Under the pieces are notes generated by a model that ran no database searches, was not told the origin of the DNA, and saw only the letters and a list, made by a program, of their open reading frames with translations. Of a DNA stretch of 64,000 nucleotides, positions 49,358-59,267 are shown piece after piece; the first letter of the stretch is position 1; every line of letters starts with the position of its first letter. Made by a program: the position numbers and the translations under genes. This stretch comes from Bacillota bacterium (GTDB lineage: Bacteria; Bacillota; Sulfobacillia; Fermentithermobacillales; Fermentithermobacillaceae): the NCBI GenBank assembly GCA_040766225.1, contig JAXGQX010000008.1, forward strand, positions 6,311-70,310, written 5' to 3'.

Positions 49358-49864
49358 GTGATAGTGGGCCGGGGGGACGAAATGGAGTCAGCAGTTCACG
49401 CACACGAATCCGCGAAAGCGAGGAGCAGCGGCATGCTGCAAGTGAGTTTCCATGAGGTCGGGCACGTTTCGGAGGACCAGTACCGGTATGCCGTTATCGC
49501 GGCCCGGTCTTCGGGGGAGTGGGTGCTGGTTAGGCACAAAAGCCGGACAACCTGGGAGATACCCGGCGGCCGCCGCGAAGTCGGTGAGCGGGTCGATGCG
49601 ACAGCAGCAAGAGAGCTGATGGAAGAGACGGGAGCGACACGGTTCTCCATCACGCCGGTGTGTGACTACCGGGTGACCTCAAGCAGCGGCGATTCCCATG
49701 GCCGGCTCTTTTTCGCCGAGGTGAGCCAGATTGGTCCGCTGCCGGATTCAGAGATCGGAGAGCTGCGTCTTTTCGATTCGCTGCCGGAGGACTTGACCTA
49801 TCCAGAAATCCAGCCACATCTGTTCCGGCGCGTTTCGGAGTTCCTCAGCTCGGTAGGAGCATAG
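49358..49864 (+). CDS. NUDIX hydrolase
   Basis: Nudix box: GGRREVGERVDATAARELMEETG. The start could be one of several in-frame codons near 49358-49380. Confidence 0.8.
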   Translation: MIVGRGDEMESAVHAHESAKARSSGMLQVSFHEVGHVSEDQYRYAVIAARSSGEWVLVRHKSRTTWEIPGGRREVGERVDATAARELMEETGATRFSITPVCDYRVTSSSGDSHGRLFFAEVSQIGPLPDSEIGELRLFDSLPEDLTYPEIQPHLFRRVSEFLSSVGA

Positions 49865-49971
49865 GTCGGGGCAATCGGCCCGACGTGAGCTCGGCGCAAG
49901 TGACCAAGTGGTTAAGCGACCATGTGGCCAAGTGACTTCGGTAGATCTAGTACCGTTAGCGGGGTGGCAGA

Positions 49972-50994
49972 GTGAGTGGCATGTTTGAGGGGATCCCAGG
50001 CTCCGACCGGTGGACGAGCATAGAGCCGGTCCAAAAGGGCTGGTCAAAGGACATCAAGTATCGGGTGGAGACTGAGGGCGGCGACAGCCTGCTGGTCAGG
50101 ATATCGGACATTGGGGAGTACCCTCGCAAGAAGCTCGAATACGACGCTCTGTGCAAGCTGGACGGGGTTCCCATCGTGATGACCCGGCCCGTGGACTTCG
50201 GCACGTTCAACGATGGATCCGCCGGACCTGGTGGACCTGGTGGACCTGGTGCATCCAAAGTCTATACCATAACCACCTGGATTGAGGGCACCGACGCTGA
50301 GAGCGCTCTCCCTGGACTGAGCATCAAGGAGCAGTATGACCTGGGATGGGAGGCCGGTAGGGTCCTCCGGTGTATTCACCGGATTCCCGCTCCTCCTGAA
50401 CAACCCGACTGGGCCGAGCGCTTCAACCGAAAGATCGACCGCAACATCCGCAATTATGAGGCTTGCGGCATCGAGGTCCCGGGCGCTGACAAGGCGATCC
50501 GTCACGTCAACTCGTTGCGACACCTCCTAGAGGGCAGACCCCAGGTCTTCCAGCACGGCGATTACCATTGCGGTAACATGATCATCACCTGTGACGGGCA
50601 AGTCGGCGTCATTGACTTCAACCGTGTGGACTACGGCGATCCGTGGGAAGAGTTCAACCGGGTGGTGTGGTGCGCGGCGGTGAGCGGGGCATTTGCGTCC
50701 GGGCGGATCAACGGGTATTTCGCGCACGAAGGAGAATCAGAAGGAGAGTCGAAGAGCTGCCCCGAAGGTGTCTCTGAACGCAGTCTCCCGGGGCGCGTCC
50801 CACATGAGTTCTTCCAACTGATGTCCCTCTACATCGCAAACAATATGCTTGCTTCTGTGCCATGGGCTATTCCGTTTGGGCAGGGTGAGGTAGACGTGAT
50901 GCTGAAGCAGGCTGAGAGCGTGTTGGATTGGTACGATGGGTTCCAGAGTTGCGTTCCACGTTGGTATGTTGGGGAAAGGGGGCCCGGTCAATGA
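49972..50994 (+). CDS. Aminoglycoside/choline-kinase-type phosphotransferase (APH family)
   Basis: FQHGDYHCGNMIITCDGQVGVIDFNRVDYGDPWEEF (Brenner/APH motif). Carries a GPGGPGGPG insertion at 50224-50250. Confidence 0.75.
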   Translation: MSGMFEGIPGSDRWTSIEPVQKGWSKDIKYRVETEGGDSLLVRISDIGEYPRKKLEYDALCKLDGVPIVMTRPVDFGTFNDGSAGPGGPGGPGASKVYTITTWIEGTDAESALPGLSIKEQYDLGWEAGRVLRCIHRIPAPPEQPDWAERFNRKIDRNIRNYEACGIEVPGADKAIRHVNSLRHLLEGRPQVFQHGDYHCGNMIITCDGQVGVIDFNRVDYGDPWEEFNRVVWCAAVSGAFASGRINGYFAHEGESEGESKSCPEGVSERSLPGRVPHEFFQLMSLYIANNMLASVPWAIPFGQGEVDVMLKQAESVLDWYDGFQSCVPRWYVGERGPGQ

Positions 50995-51635
50995 GACTTC
51001 TCTATGGAACCGGGAATCCAGGCAAAATCGAGGCCATGAGAAGAGCCCTGCTAGACTTGGGGATCGAGATCGTCGCCCCCGCTGAAGTGGGCGTCCGACA
51101 TCCGGCAGTCGATGAGACCGGGAGGGACCCGCTGGAAAACGCGCGCCTCAAGGCACACGCCTACTATCGAGTAGCTCGAATGCCCGTGTTCTCGTGCGAT
51201 TCAGGCCTTTACATCGAAGGCTTGGACGACAGCAGGCAGCCGGGAGTGCACGTCCGAAATGTAGACGGCCGTTACCTGGACGATGAGGAAATGATCAGGT
51301 ACTACTCCGGGATAGCCCGCCAATGCGGCGGTCGGTGCGTCGCCCGGTACAAGAACGCGATATGCCTGCTCCTAGACGAAGACACGATCTACGAGCATGA
51401 GGGCGATGATATCTCCGGCGAGCGGTTCATCATCACGTCAACTCCACACCAGAGCCGGAGGCCGGGGTTTCCGCTGGATAGCCTGTCGATACATATAGGC
51501 AGCGGAGAGTATTACCTGGACAGGGCCGCATTACGCGTCACGACCACATATGAGGGGTTCAGGAAGTTCTTTAGGCGGGTGCTAACCGCGATGGACCCAC
51601 CTACACCGATATCTCCTTCCAATGCCCTGCCTTAA
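50991..51635 (+). CDS. Non-canonical purine NTP pyrophosphatase-like (RdgB/HAM1 family)
   Basis: ATG 50991 overlaps the APH stop. Contains LLYGTGNPGKIEAM, VDETGRDPLENARLKA and FSCDSGLYIEGL. Confidence 0.6.
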   Translation: MRLLYGTGNPGKIEAMRRALLDLGIEIVAPAEVGVRHPAVDETGRDPLENARLKAHAYYRVARMPVFSCDSGLYIEGLDDSRQPGVHVRNVDGRYLDDEEMIRYYSGIARQCGGRCVARYKNAICLLLDEDTIYEHEGDDISGERFIITSTPHQSRRPGFPLDSLSIHIGSGEYYLDRAALRVTTTYEGFRKFFRRVLTAMDPPTPISPSNALP

Positions 51636-53100
51636 ACCGCCACCTGAACAGCATCGAGCGCAGGATGAGGTCGGTTACCATAGCGTACCAGGCGCCCGGC
51701 AGACCCATCTGCATGACCACTACGAACAGGTAGGTCAGCGACACTCTAGCAGCCCAAGCGCTGGCACCGGTGATGTACATGACCCACTTGGTGTCTCCGG
51801 CGCCTCGGAGGCCTCCTGCGAGAACGTGGTTTATGGCCATGAAGGGTTGGGCCACGGCGATGATCCGCAGGACGGTCGAGCCGAGCTCAGTGACCTCCGC
51901 GTTACCCGGGACCATTAACTTAACAACCATCGGGGCTGTGAAAAAGATGACTATACCTAAGCACCCCATAGCGGTCGAAGCTATCTTTTGGGCCTTCCAA
52001 GCGGCTTCCTCAGACTTGGAGGAATCGCCATATCCGAGGTATTGACCTACGAGGGTGGTCGTGGCAGCTCCAAAACTAAACCCGACGGTGAGCGAAATGG
52101 ACTCCAGCCTCAGCGCGATCTGGTGCGCCGCGTAGGCATTCGTCCCCAGACCCGCTATGGCTCGGGTGTATAGCATCTGGGCGCCTCTCAGCGTCAACCG
52201 TTCACCTGACGCGGGAAGGCCGACATTCAGGACGGCTCCCAATGCCTGGCGATCGGGCCTAAACGACCCCTTGAACCAGCCCTTCAGTGGCGTGCGCCCC
52301 ACGCCGGTTAGGACCACTATCATTCCCATGCCGACAAGTCTGGCGAAAGCGGTGGCGATCCCGGCACCTTCCGCGCCGAACGCGGGGAAACCGAGGTTTC
52401 CGCCGATGAGCAGGTAGTTGCCGGTTAGGTTAAGTAAGTTGACGACCGTTCCTACATACATAGGAAGGCGTGTGTTGCCCGATCCTCGCAATGACGCCGC
52501 GAAAGTCATGGTCACAAACTCAAAGCATAAGGAAAGGCCTTTCCACCAGAAGTAGGGGACGCCCTGCTTTATGACGTCTTGTTCGGCCCCCATAAGTTTC
52601 AGAGCGTTGGCCGAGTAGACAGAGAAGACTAAAAACGCCACAACGCCGATGGCGGCCGCGATGAGCAGCGACTGCCTCAAGGTCCTCTGCGCGTCCTCGT
52701 AGTCGCCCGCGCCGATTCGTCTCGCGACGATCGACGTGGTCCCGACGCGGATGGCATCAAAGAACCCTGTGGCTATCATGGAGATCTGGTTGGACAACCC
52801 GACGGCCGTTACCGCGGCGGCGCCGACCCTTCCGCACATGGCCATATCGGCGGCGTCCACCACCGATTGCAGCAGGCGTTCAGCAATGAGAGGACCCGCT
52901 AGAATCCACAGGTTTTGCTCGATGGTATGGCCTGCGAGGTCGAGTCCCTTGAACCGGGGGCGTTTAGCCGCTAGTGCCGCGCTGTCACCGGACTTAGCTT
53001 CTTGCGAGTCTACGATGGGCTCGTCTTCGACTGTGACTTCTGCTGGATTGTCCACAATTTCACCCTTGATAATAATCCTTCGATACTCTAAGTATCGCAC
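51601..53100 (-). CDS. MATE-family efflux transporter
   Basis: Intact 499-aa, ~12-helix ORF with MATE-type strings (GPLIAERLLQSVVDAADMAMCGRVG, RGSGNTRLPMYV, GLRGAGDTKW). Confidence 0.85.
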   Translation of the reverse strand: MRYLEYRRIIIKGEIVDNPAEVTVEDEPIVDSQEAKSGDSAALAAKRPRFKGLDLAGHTIEQNLWILAGPLIAERLLQSVVDAADMAMCGRVGAAAVTAVGLSNQISMIATGFFDAIRVGTTSIVARRIGAGDYEDAQRTLRQSLLIAAAIGVVAFLVFSVYSANALKLMGAEQDVIKQGVPYFWWKGLSLCFEFVTMTFAASLRGSGNTRLPMYVGTVVNLLNLTGNYLLIGGNLGFPAFGAEGAGIATAFARLVGMGMIVVLTGVGRTPLKGWFKGSFRPDRQALGAVLNVGLPASGERLTLRGAQMLYTRAIAGLGTNAYAAHQIALRLESISLTVGFSFGAATTTLVGQYLGYGDSSKSEEAAWKAQKIASTAMGCLGIVIFFTAPMVVKLMVPGNAEVTELGSTVLRIIAVAQPFMAINHVLAGGLRGAGDTKWVMYITGASAWAARVSLTYLFVVVMQMGLPGAWYAMVTDLILRSMLFRWRFKAGHWKEISV

Positions 53101-53142
53101 TTTATCATACCCTCAAGTTCGGCGAAAGGTCAATGGCTTCCT

Positions 53143-55947
53143 ATGGAGCGCATCCGCTGTGCGGTAGGAAATGGAACCTCAATGGCGAAGAACTTACTAT
53201 CCAGGCTCCCTTCATGGCGTTGTCGCCTTCAGCTAGGCGAATCCATCCCGAAAGGAGTGAACCTGGTTGCGGGGGCCGCCCGACCGGCTCATCCGGCGGG
53301 TAAACCAGGGCAGCTAATGACGAAGGAAGCTCCGCGTTCGCAAGTCACATCCCCAGAGGAGTTCTTTGGCTTTCGACTAGGAAGCGACCGCAAGATGGCC
53401 CGGTGGGACAAGATCGTTGAATACTTCTACAGGCTGGAGAAAGAATCGGACAAGATCAAGGTCATAGAAATGGGGAAGTCCACTGAAGGCCATCCGTTTC
53501 TGGTCACCATCATCTCGTCGCCCGATAATCTCGCGAACCTAGAGCGCCTAAGGGAGATCAACGGGAAGATCGCGGACCCGAGGGGACTTTCCGAAGACGC
53601 CGTCAAAGCCCTCATCAGCGAAGGGAAATCGGTGGTGTGCCAGAGCATGAGCCTTCACGCCAGCGAGATTGGCGGCACTCAAATGGCTCCTGAACTGGCG
53701 TACGACCTGCTGGCCATCGATACCCCCGAGAATGCTCTAATCCTCCAAAACGTTGTGTTCTTGATGGTCCCTTGCTTCAATCCCGACGGCCAGGTAATGG
53801 TCACAGATTGGTACAACAGGTGGGTTGGGACGGAGTACGAGGGCACCATGCTCCCGTGGCTGTACCACAAGTACGCCGGGCACGACAACAACAGGGATGC
53901 TTTCGCCCTTAACCTGGTTGAGTCGCAATACATGGCTAAGCTGCTGTTCACCGACTGGCATCCCCAGGCTTTCCAGGACCATCATCACATGGGGAGCACC
54001 GGCGCACGCCTCTTCCTGGCGCCTTATTCTGACGCCATCAGGCCTTTCGCCGACCCCTTGGTCTGGCGGGAGGACTCCTGGTTCGGCGCCCACATGGCGT
54101 ATACCCTAGAAGAGCAGGGGAAGACGGGGATTCTCAACGGCGCCCAGTTCCCCGGATGGGGGCACTTCGGCTTCCATTGGATAGCTACCCACCACAACAT
54201 CGCAGGTATGCTTACGGAGTCCGCCAGCGCGAAACTGGCAACCCCCTTGTATATTCATCCGCACCAGCTCCGCGGAGCCAGTCCCAAGAACATGCCTACG
54301 TACGAGGCTCAGACCAACTTCCCGCATCCTTGGCCGGGCGGGTGGTGGCGTCTTCGGGATATCGTGGAGCAGCAGAAGATATCGGCATGGGCGCTCTTGG
54401 ACATCTGCGCCAAGTTCAAGGACAAGGTGCTCTGGAACGCTTACCTAAAAGCCAAAAGGCAGACCGAGCGGGGCGCTTGTGGGGATGTGAAGGCGTATGT
54501 TATCCAACCCGGCCAACACGACCCATTGACCGTGAAGAAGCTGGTCGGCCTGATACTCTCTCAGGGCGTCGAGGTGAGGAAGGCCGGACAGTCCTTCGTC
54601 GCCGGAGGACGTCTGTACGAGGCCGGTTCGTACATCGTGTTCCTTGACCAGCCCAAGATGGGCGTGATACGGAACCTCTTAGGGAGGACGTTCTACCCCG
54701 ACAACTACTGGACCCGGAATCCCGACGGTTCGCCCATCATGTACGATACGGCCACCGACACAATAGCCGAGTTTATGGGCGTGAAAGTCGAGCCGGTGAC
54801 CGAGGCCTTCGGAGGCGAGTTCCCGGTTATCGGGCAGGATGACCTGAAGTTGTGTCTTTGTGAGGGAGGCAGTCATCCCCAGACTACGGGCGGGGAAGCA
54901 TCGGGCGCAGGGGGAATCGCGGAGAAAGATCTGGCAAGCGGCCAGGCCGTCGGATATCTCCTGGATCCTCGTCTCAACGACTCCTACACTGCTGTCAATC
55001 GCCTGCTTAAGACAGGAGCGAAAGTGTGGCGGTACTCCGGGGAGGTTTCCACGGGGGACGGCGGCTTGACGCTTCCACCTGGTGCGTTCTACGTCGCGAG
55101 CGACAAGAGCGCGGAAGCTCTCCTTCGCGAAACGGCCGTCGAGTTGGGCCTGGCTTTCTTCGGAGTGACAGAGGCTCCCGACCTGCCGAGGACGGCGTTA
55201 GCCAACCTGCGTGTCGGAATGTACCAAAGGTATTACGGCGGAAATGCCGATGAAGGTTGGGCCCGGCTAGTCTTGGAGAAGTTCGAGTTCCCCTATGCGA
55301 CGCTGATGGACGCCGACGTGAAGCGTGGCAACCTCATCGACCGGTACGACGTTATCGTGTTGCCGAGCGATCGACCTCAGGCGATAGTGGGCATGGAAGC
55401 TGCTCCGAGAGAGGTCCGTACGCGACAGCGCCCGGTTCCGCCAATGCCGCCCGAGTATCGGAGCGGGCTGGGCAAGGAAGGGACCAAAGCGCTGCAGGAA
55501 TTCGTCAAGGCCGGCGGGCGTCTGGTTGCGCTCGACGGGTCCTCGGACTTCGTCATAGAGGCTTTGGACCTCAAAGTCCGCAACGTTGTCGCCAACGCCA
55601 GCTTCAAGGACTTCTATTGTCACGGCTCGACCCTCCACGCGAAGGTCGACAATTCGGACCCGCTCGGCTACGGCATGCCCGCCGAGGCCTTGGTGCTCAA
55701 CATGGACAGCCCCACTTTCGATGTGACGGAAATGTTTCTGACTGACGCCTATCGCGTAGTAGCGGAGTATCCGGGAAAAGGCCTGCTCCAAAGCGGGTGG
55801 CTGATAGGGGAAGAAAGGATTGCGGGAAAACCCTGCATGATAGCCGTGTCCTGTGGGGACGGCGAGGTAGTGCTGGTTGGATTCCGTCCGCAGTTCAGGG
55901 CGCAGACTCACGGGACGTTCAAGTTGCTGTTCAACTGCCTTTTCTAA
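53143..55947 (+). CDS. Large M14-family metallocarboxypeptidase-like protein
   Basis: Intact 934-codon ORF. Contains GKSTEGHPFLVTIISSP, SLHASEIGG and VPCFNPDGQ, typical of M14. The true start may be ATG 53317 (MTKEAP...). Confidence 0.7.
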   Translation: MERIRCAVGNGTSMAKNLLSRLPSWRCRLQLGESIPKGVNLVAGAARPAHPAGKPGQLMTKEAPRSQVTSPEEFFGFRLGSDRKMARWDKIVEYFYRLEKESDKIKVIEMGKSTEGHPFLVTIISSPDNLANLERLREINGKIADPRGLSEDAVKALISEGKSVVCQSMSLHASEIGGTQMAPELAYDLLAIDTPENALILQNVVFLMVPCFNPDGQVMVTDWYNRWVGTEYEGTMLPWLYHKYAGHDNNRDAFALNLVESQYMAKLLFTDWHPQAFQDHHHMGSTGARLFLAPYSDAIRPFADPLVWREDSWFGAHMAYTLEEQGKTGILNGAQFPGWGHFGFHWIATHHNIAGMLTESASAKLATPLYIHPHQLRGASPKNMPTYEAQTNFPHPWPGGWWRLRDIVEQQKISAWALLDICAKFKDKVLWNAYLKAKRQTERGACGDVKAYVIQPGQHDPLTVKKLVGLILSQGVEVRKAGQSFVAGGRLYEAGSYIVFLDQPKMGVIRNLLGRTFYPDNYWTRNPDGSPIMYDTATDTIAEFMGVKVEPVTEAFGGEFPVIGQDDLKLCLCEGGSHPQTTGGEASGAGGIAEKDLASGQAVGYLLDPRLNDSYTAVNRLLKTGAKVWRYSGEVSTGDGGLTLPPGAFYVASDKSAEALLRETAVELGLAFFGVTEAPDLPRTALANLRVGMYQRYYGGNADEGWARLVLEKFEFPYATLMDADVKRGNLIDRYDVIVLPSDRPQAIVGMEAAPREVRTRQRPVPPMPPEYRSGLGKEGTKALQEFVKAGGRLVALDGSSDFVIEALDLKVRNVVANASFKDFYCHGSTLHAKVDNSDPLGYGMPAEALVLNMDSPTFDVTEMFLTDAYRVVAEYPGKGLLQSGWLIGEERIAGKPCMIAVSCGDGEVVLVGFRPQFRAQTHGTFKLLFNCLF

Positions 55948-55974
55948 GTAGCGGAACGATAGAGAAGAGCGATA

Positions 55975-56011
55975 GGGAAGACCTCCAACGAGGTCTTCCC
56001 TTCTTTTCTTT
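55975..56011 (+). terminator. Rho-independent terminator after the M14 gene
   Basis: GGGAAGACCTC-CAAC-GAGGTCTTCCC, a perfect 11-bp stem, followed by TTCTTTTCTTT. Confidence 0.8.
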
Positions 56012-56439
56012 ATAAATCTTTATAAAGTTGCGACATAGTCGCGGATCCCGTCGAGGACAACCGGAACCGGGCGCTCAAGTGTTAACCCCGTGAAACATGA
56101 TTGAAAACGTGACAAAACCACCCTACTTTACATAGGATCTTTCGACTGGCGTTGGCGTCAGGCACGTCAAGCGCACCGAGCGCATCAGGCGCATCACATG
56201 CGTCGGCGCGGAAGGGCCTACAGGCGGAAGCGGGGCTGATAGTGTGGATAACGACGAATCCGTCGGCGTTTTGACCGGAGGTGTAGGGTCCGACGTCAGC
56301 GCGAGCGCAGGCTGGCCTTATGCGCGTGTTATGGATGGGCATGCGACGGATAAGCGCACTGTGGATAAGCGCGCTGCCGATAGGCACGCCGAGGAAAGAG
56401 ACGCTCAGACCTGGTCGGAGCAGATACGCTGCCCGGTTC

Positions 56440-56700
56440 CACCCAGTTACCCGTTAACTGAGGCCGATAGGACGTTTCGTGTACCTCGTCTCCCAAGGCC
56501 TTGGGAAGCACGGGTCGTCACGCCTGGTGGACCTCGGACCTCGCGGGAGCCCAAATGCGCCTCGTCAGAAAAAGGACCTGCCGAGAGCCTCATAGCGGTC
56601 TCCATAAGGAGCACCGTCATCGCGGGTGGGAGCAGCGAGGCGAAGTCCATCATAGTATCCGAATCTAGGGAGGTAGGCGCTCCCCCGACAAGGTTAGCCG
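56440..56700 (+). pseudogene. feoA: FeoA-like small protein, frame-broken
   Basis: KGPAESLIAVSIRSTVIAGGSSEAKSIIV fits the FeoA C-terminal strand pattern. A RRLVDLGL-like segment is readable only in another frame. Sits immediately upstream of feoB. Coordinates are approximate. Confidence 0.4.
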
Positions 56701-56716
56701 AAGAGGAGGAGGTCCT

Positions 56717-58638
56717 TTGGACGAAGGCGCTTATCTGGTAGCTCTGGCGGCAATCCAAACGTGGGAGAAGAGCACGGTTTTCGGCAACAGGTCTCCAGCC
56801 AGCATGGCAACTGGCCGGGCAAGACGGTGGCCCTGTTCGAGGCGCCGCTCTGGCACTGGGGGCAAGAGCTACCGGCTAGTGGATCTCCCAGGTACCTATT
56901 CTCTTAGGGCCAACTCAAAAGAGGAAGAAGTCGCTCGCGACTTCATCGTCAACGAGGATCCGGACGTCGTGGTGTGCGTTGTGGACGCGACGCGAGCCGC
57001 AGAACGAAACCTGAACCTCGTGCTCCAGATCATCCCCCTTGCCAGGAAGTGCGTCGTCTGTTTGAACCTCATGGATGAGGCTTCGGAGCGAGGCATTGTT
57101 ATCGATGCCGGCGTCCTCTCTCAGGAGCTAGGTGTGCCAGTGGTTCCGGCATCGTTGCGGAAGAACGGGCATGGCCGAATTGCTGGACGCAGTGTACGAC
57201 GCTGCGACGGCGCCAGCGTGCCGAGACCGCACGTCCCTTTCGGCAATAACGGTGCCCAAACTCGCGGACCAACCTGACATCCGACGACTTTGCGGTCGGC
57301 GATGTCGGGCTAAGTGACGCCAGGCTACGCAGCGAGACCCAATCAGGCGACGCCGTCCCGATTTCAGATCACGCTGTCGAGGAAGCCTACGCGAGGGCCG
57401 AGGATCGTGGCGCTATGCGTGCATTCGTCGGGCGAGGCTGAGCATACGGTGACCGACCGCTTCGACGCGATCCTCACGTCAAGAAGGTGGGCATGCAACC
57501 ATGCTGCTCCTTTTGGGGATGGTTTTTTCGATTACCCTGTACCTGGCCAATTACCCGTCACGCAGTTTTTGTCTGCGGCTCTTTTCTCCTTTGAGCCGCA
57601 TTTCGGCAGGCTCGTCCTCTTCCTTGGGGCTCCCGACTGGCTGCATTCTATGCTGGTGACCGGCGTCTACCGGGCCATGGCCTGGGTCACGGCGGTGATG
57701 CTGCCGCCATGGCTATCTTTTCCCCTGTTTACGTTGCTGGAGGACTTCAGGTACCTCCCGAGGAAGTGGCGTTCAACCTGGACCACCTCTTTCACCGAAG
57801 CGGCGGCCACGGCAAGCAGGCGTTGACGCAGGCATGGGCTTCGGATGCAACGCTGCGAAGTCGTCGCGTGCAGGATGTCGAGTCCACCGCGCGAGAGGCT
57901 TATCGCCATCCTCACCAACAGCTTTGTTCCGTGCAACGGTGGGTTTCCCACTCTGATCATGCTGTCCACGGTGTTCTTCGCCGGGCGGGCTTCTGATGAA
58001 GTCTTTTGCCTGCCTTGATAGTGATCGGGGCCATCGTCACCGGTGTTGCGGCGACGTTCTTCGTCTCACACTCTGTCGACGTGACTCTCTAGGGTACTCC
58101 GTCGTCCTTCGTTCTGGAACTGCCCCCATACAGAAAACCGGACCTCGTAAACATTTATTGCCCGGTCATGGAGCGCACAGTGTGGGTGCTCAAGAGGGCG
58201 GCGGCGGTAGCGGCGCCGGAGCCATCACCTGGGTTTTCCGCTAACCTGACCGTGCGAGGAGTGAGCCTGCTTGCCAGAGCCGCGTCGTTTCTAAGCCCGG
58301 CCCGTCCTGGGGATGGACGGAGCCATCCTCACAGCGTTTGTCCTGGGGTTTTCGCAAACGAGATCGTCATCCCAATAGCCATGATGAGTTACATCGGTAT
58401 GGCTGAGGTCGGATCCTTGACGACGATGGGGGAGATCCTGCGAGTCAATGGCTGGACCTGGATGACGGCCCTCTCGGTAATGCTCTTCTCCCTGCTTCAC
58501 TACCCGTGCGGGACTACGGTCTTCACTATCTTCAAGGAGACCGGGAGCAGGAAATGGGCCCTAGTCTCGCTGGTCCTGCCCACACTGCTGGCGGCGGGAG
58601 TGTTGACCGTGCTCAACGCCCTATTCCGTCTTCTGTAG
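56717..58638 (+). pseudogene. feoB: Ferrous iron transporter FeoB, many frame switches
   Basis: G-domain: YLVALA-x-NPNVGKSTVF across frames, YRLVDLPGTYSL, DVVVCVVDATRAAERNLNLVLQI. Membrane part: FPLFTLLEDFRYLPR, VAFNLDHLFHRSGGHGKQALT, FVPCNG. An intact C-terminal ORF is at 58168..58638. Confidence 0.8.
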
Positions 58639-59131
58639 CTCCGGGCTCCTGGCCGGCAACAGCTTCTGGGGGGAACGCGTCCAGAAATGCCTGCCACCAC
58701 GACGCGTTGTCGCGGATGTACGTTACGATAGACGCGATTCGCGATACCATCTCTTCGCTGATGATATGTTCGGTGCGCTCGGTGTCCTTCAAAGCGTTTT
58801 CCCTCACGCCTAAGAGATGAAGGAACTCTTCTAGGAGCTCGTGGCGCTTTAAGAGGCGCAGTCCCTGCTCTTGTCCCGCATCGGTCAAGGTCAAGATCCC
58901 ATACTTGCGGTAACTGACTAAACCGGCTTCGTCAAGTCTCCGGATCATGTGGGTGACCGAGGGCGGCTGCACGTTCAAGGCGGCACCCAGGTCGGCCAGA
59001 CGGATGGATTTGGTCCCCCCGGTCAATCGGTACAGCATCTCCAAGTAATCCTCCATGCTGGGCGTTAGAGACTGGTCTTCCTTAAGGGAGTACCCGCGGA
59101 ACGTGCGAAACCCCCCGTCTTTGCTGGACAC
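58613..59131 (-). CDS. DtxR/MntR-family metal-dependent transcriptional repressor
   Basis: SMEDYLEMLYRL, IRLADLGAALNVQPPSVTHMIRRLDEAGLVSYRKYG and LLKRHELLEEFL. The 3' end overlaps the feoB 3' end by 26 bp. Confidence 0.8.
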   Translation of the reverse strand: MSSKDGGFRTFRGYSLKEDQSLTPSMEDYLEMLYRLTGGTKSIRLADLGAALNVQPPSVTHMIRRLDEAGLVSYRKYGILTLTDAGQEQGLRLLKRHELLEEFLHLLGVRENALKDTERTEHIISEEMVSRIASIVTYIRDNASWWQAFLDAFPPEAVAGQEPGATEDGIGR

Positions 59132-59267
59132 TTGAGCTCACCTCCTTTCTGCAGTGTATGCGGCGTTGGACTTCAGGGGGAACCATGGTGTCGTTGACGT
59201 CTCTAGGGGGATTTGCCTGTGCCGATATGGAAGTAGTAAGTGACGGAGTGCCGATAAGCATTACGGA

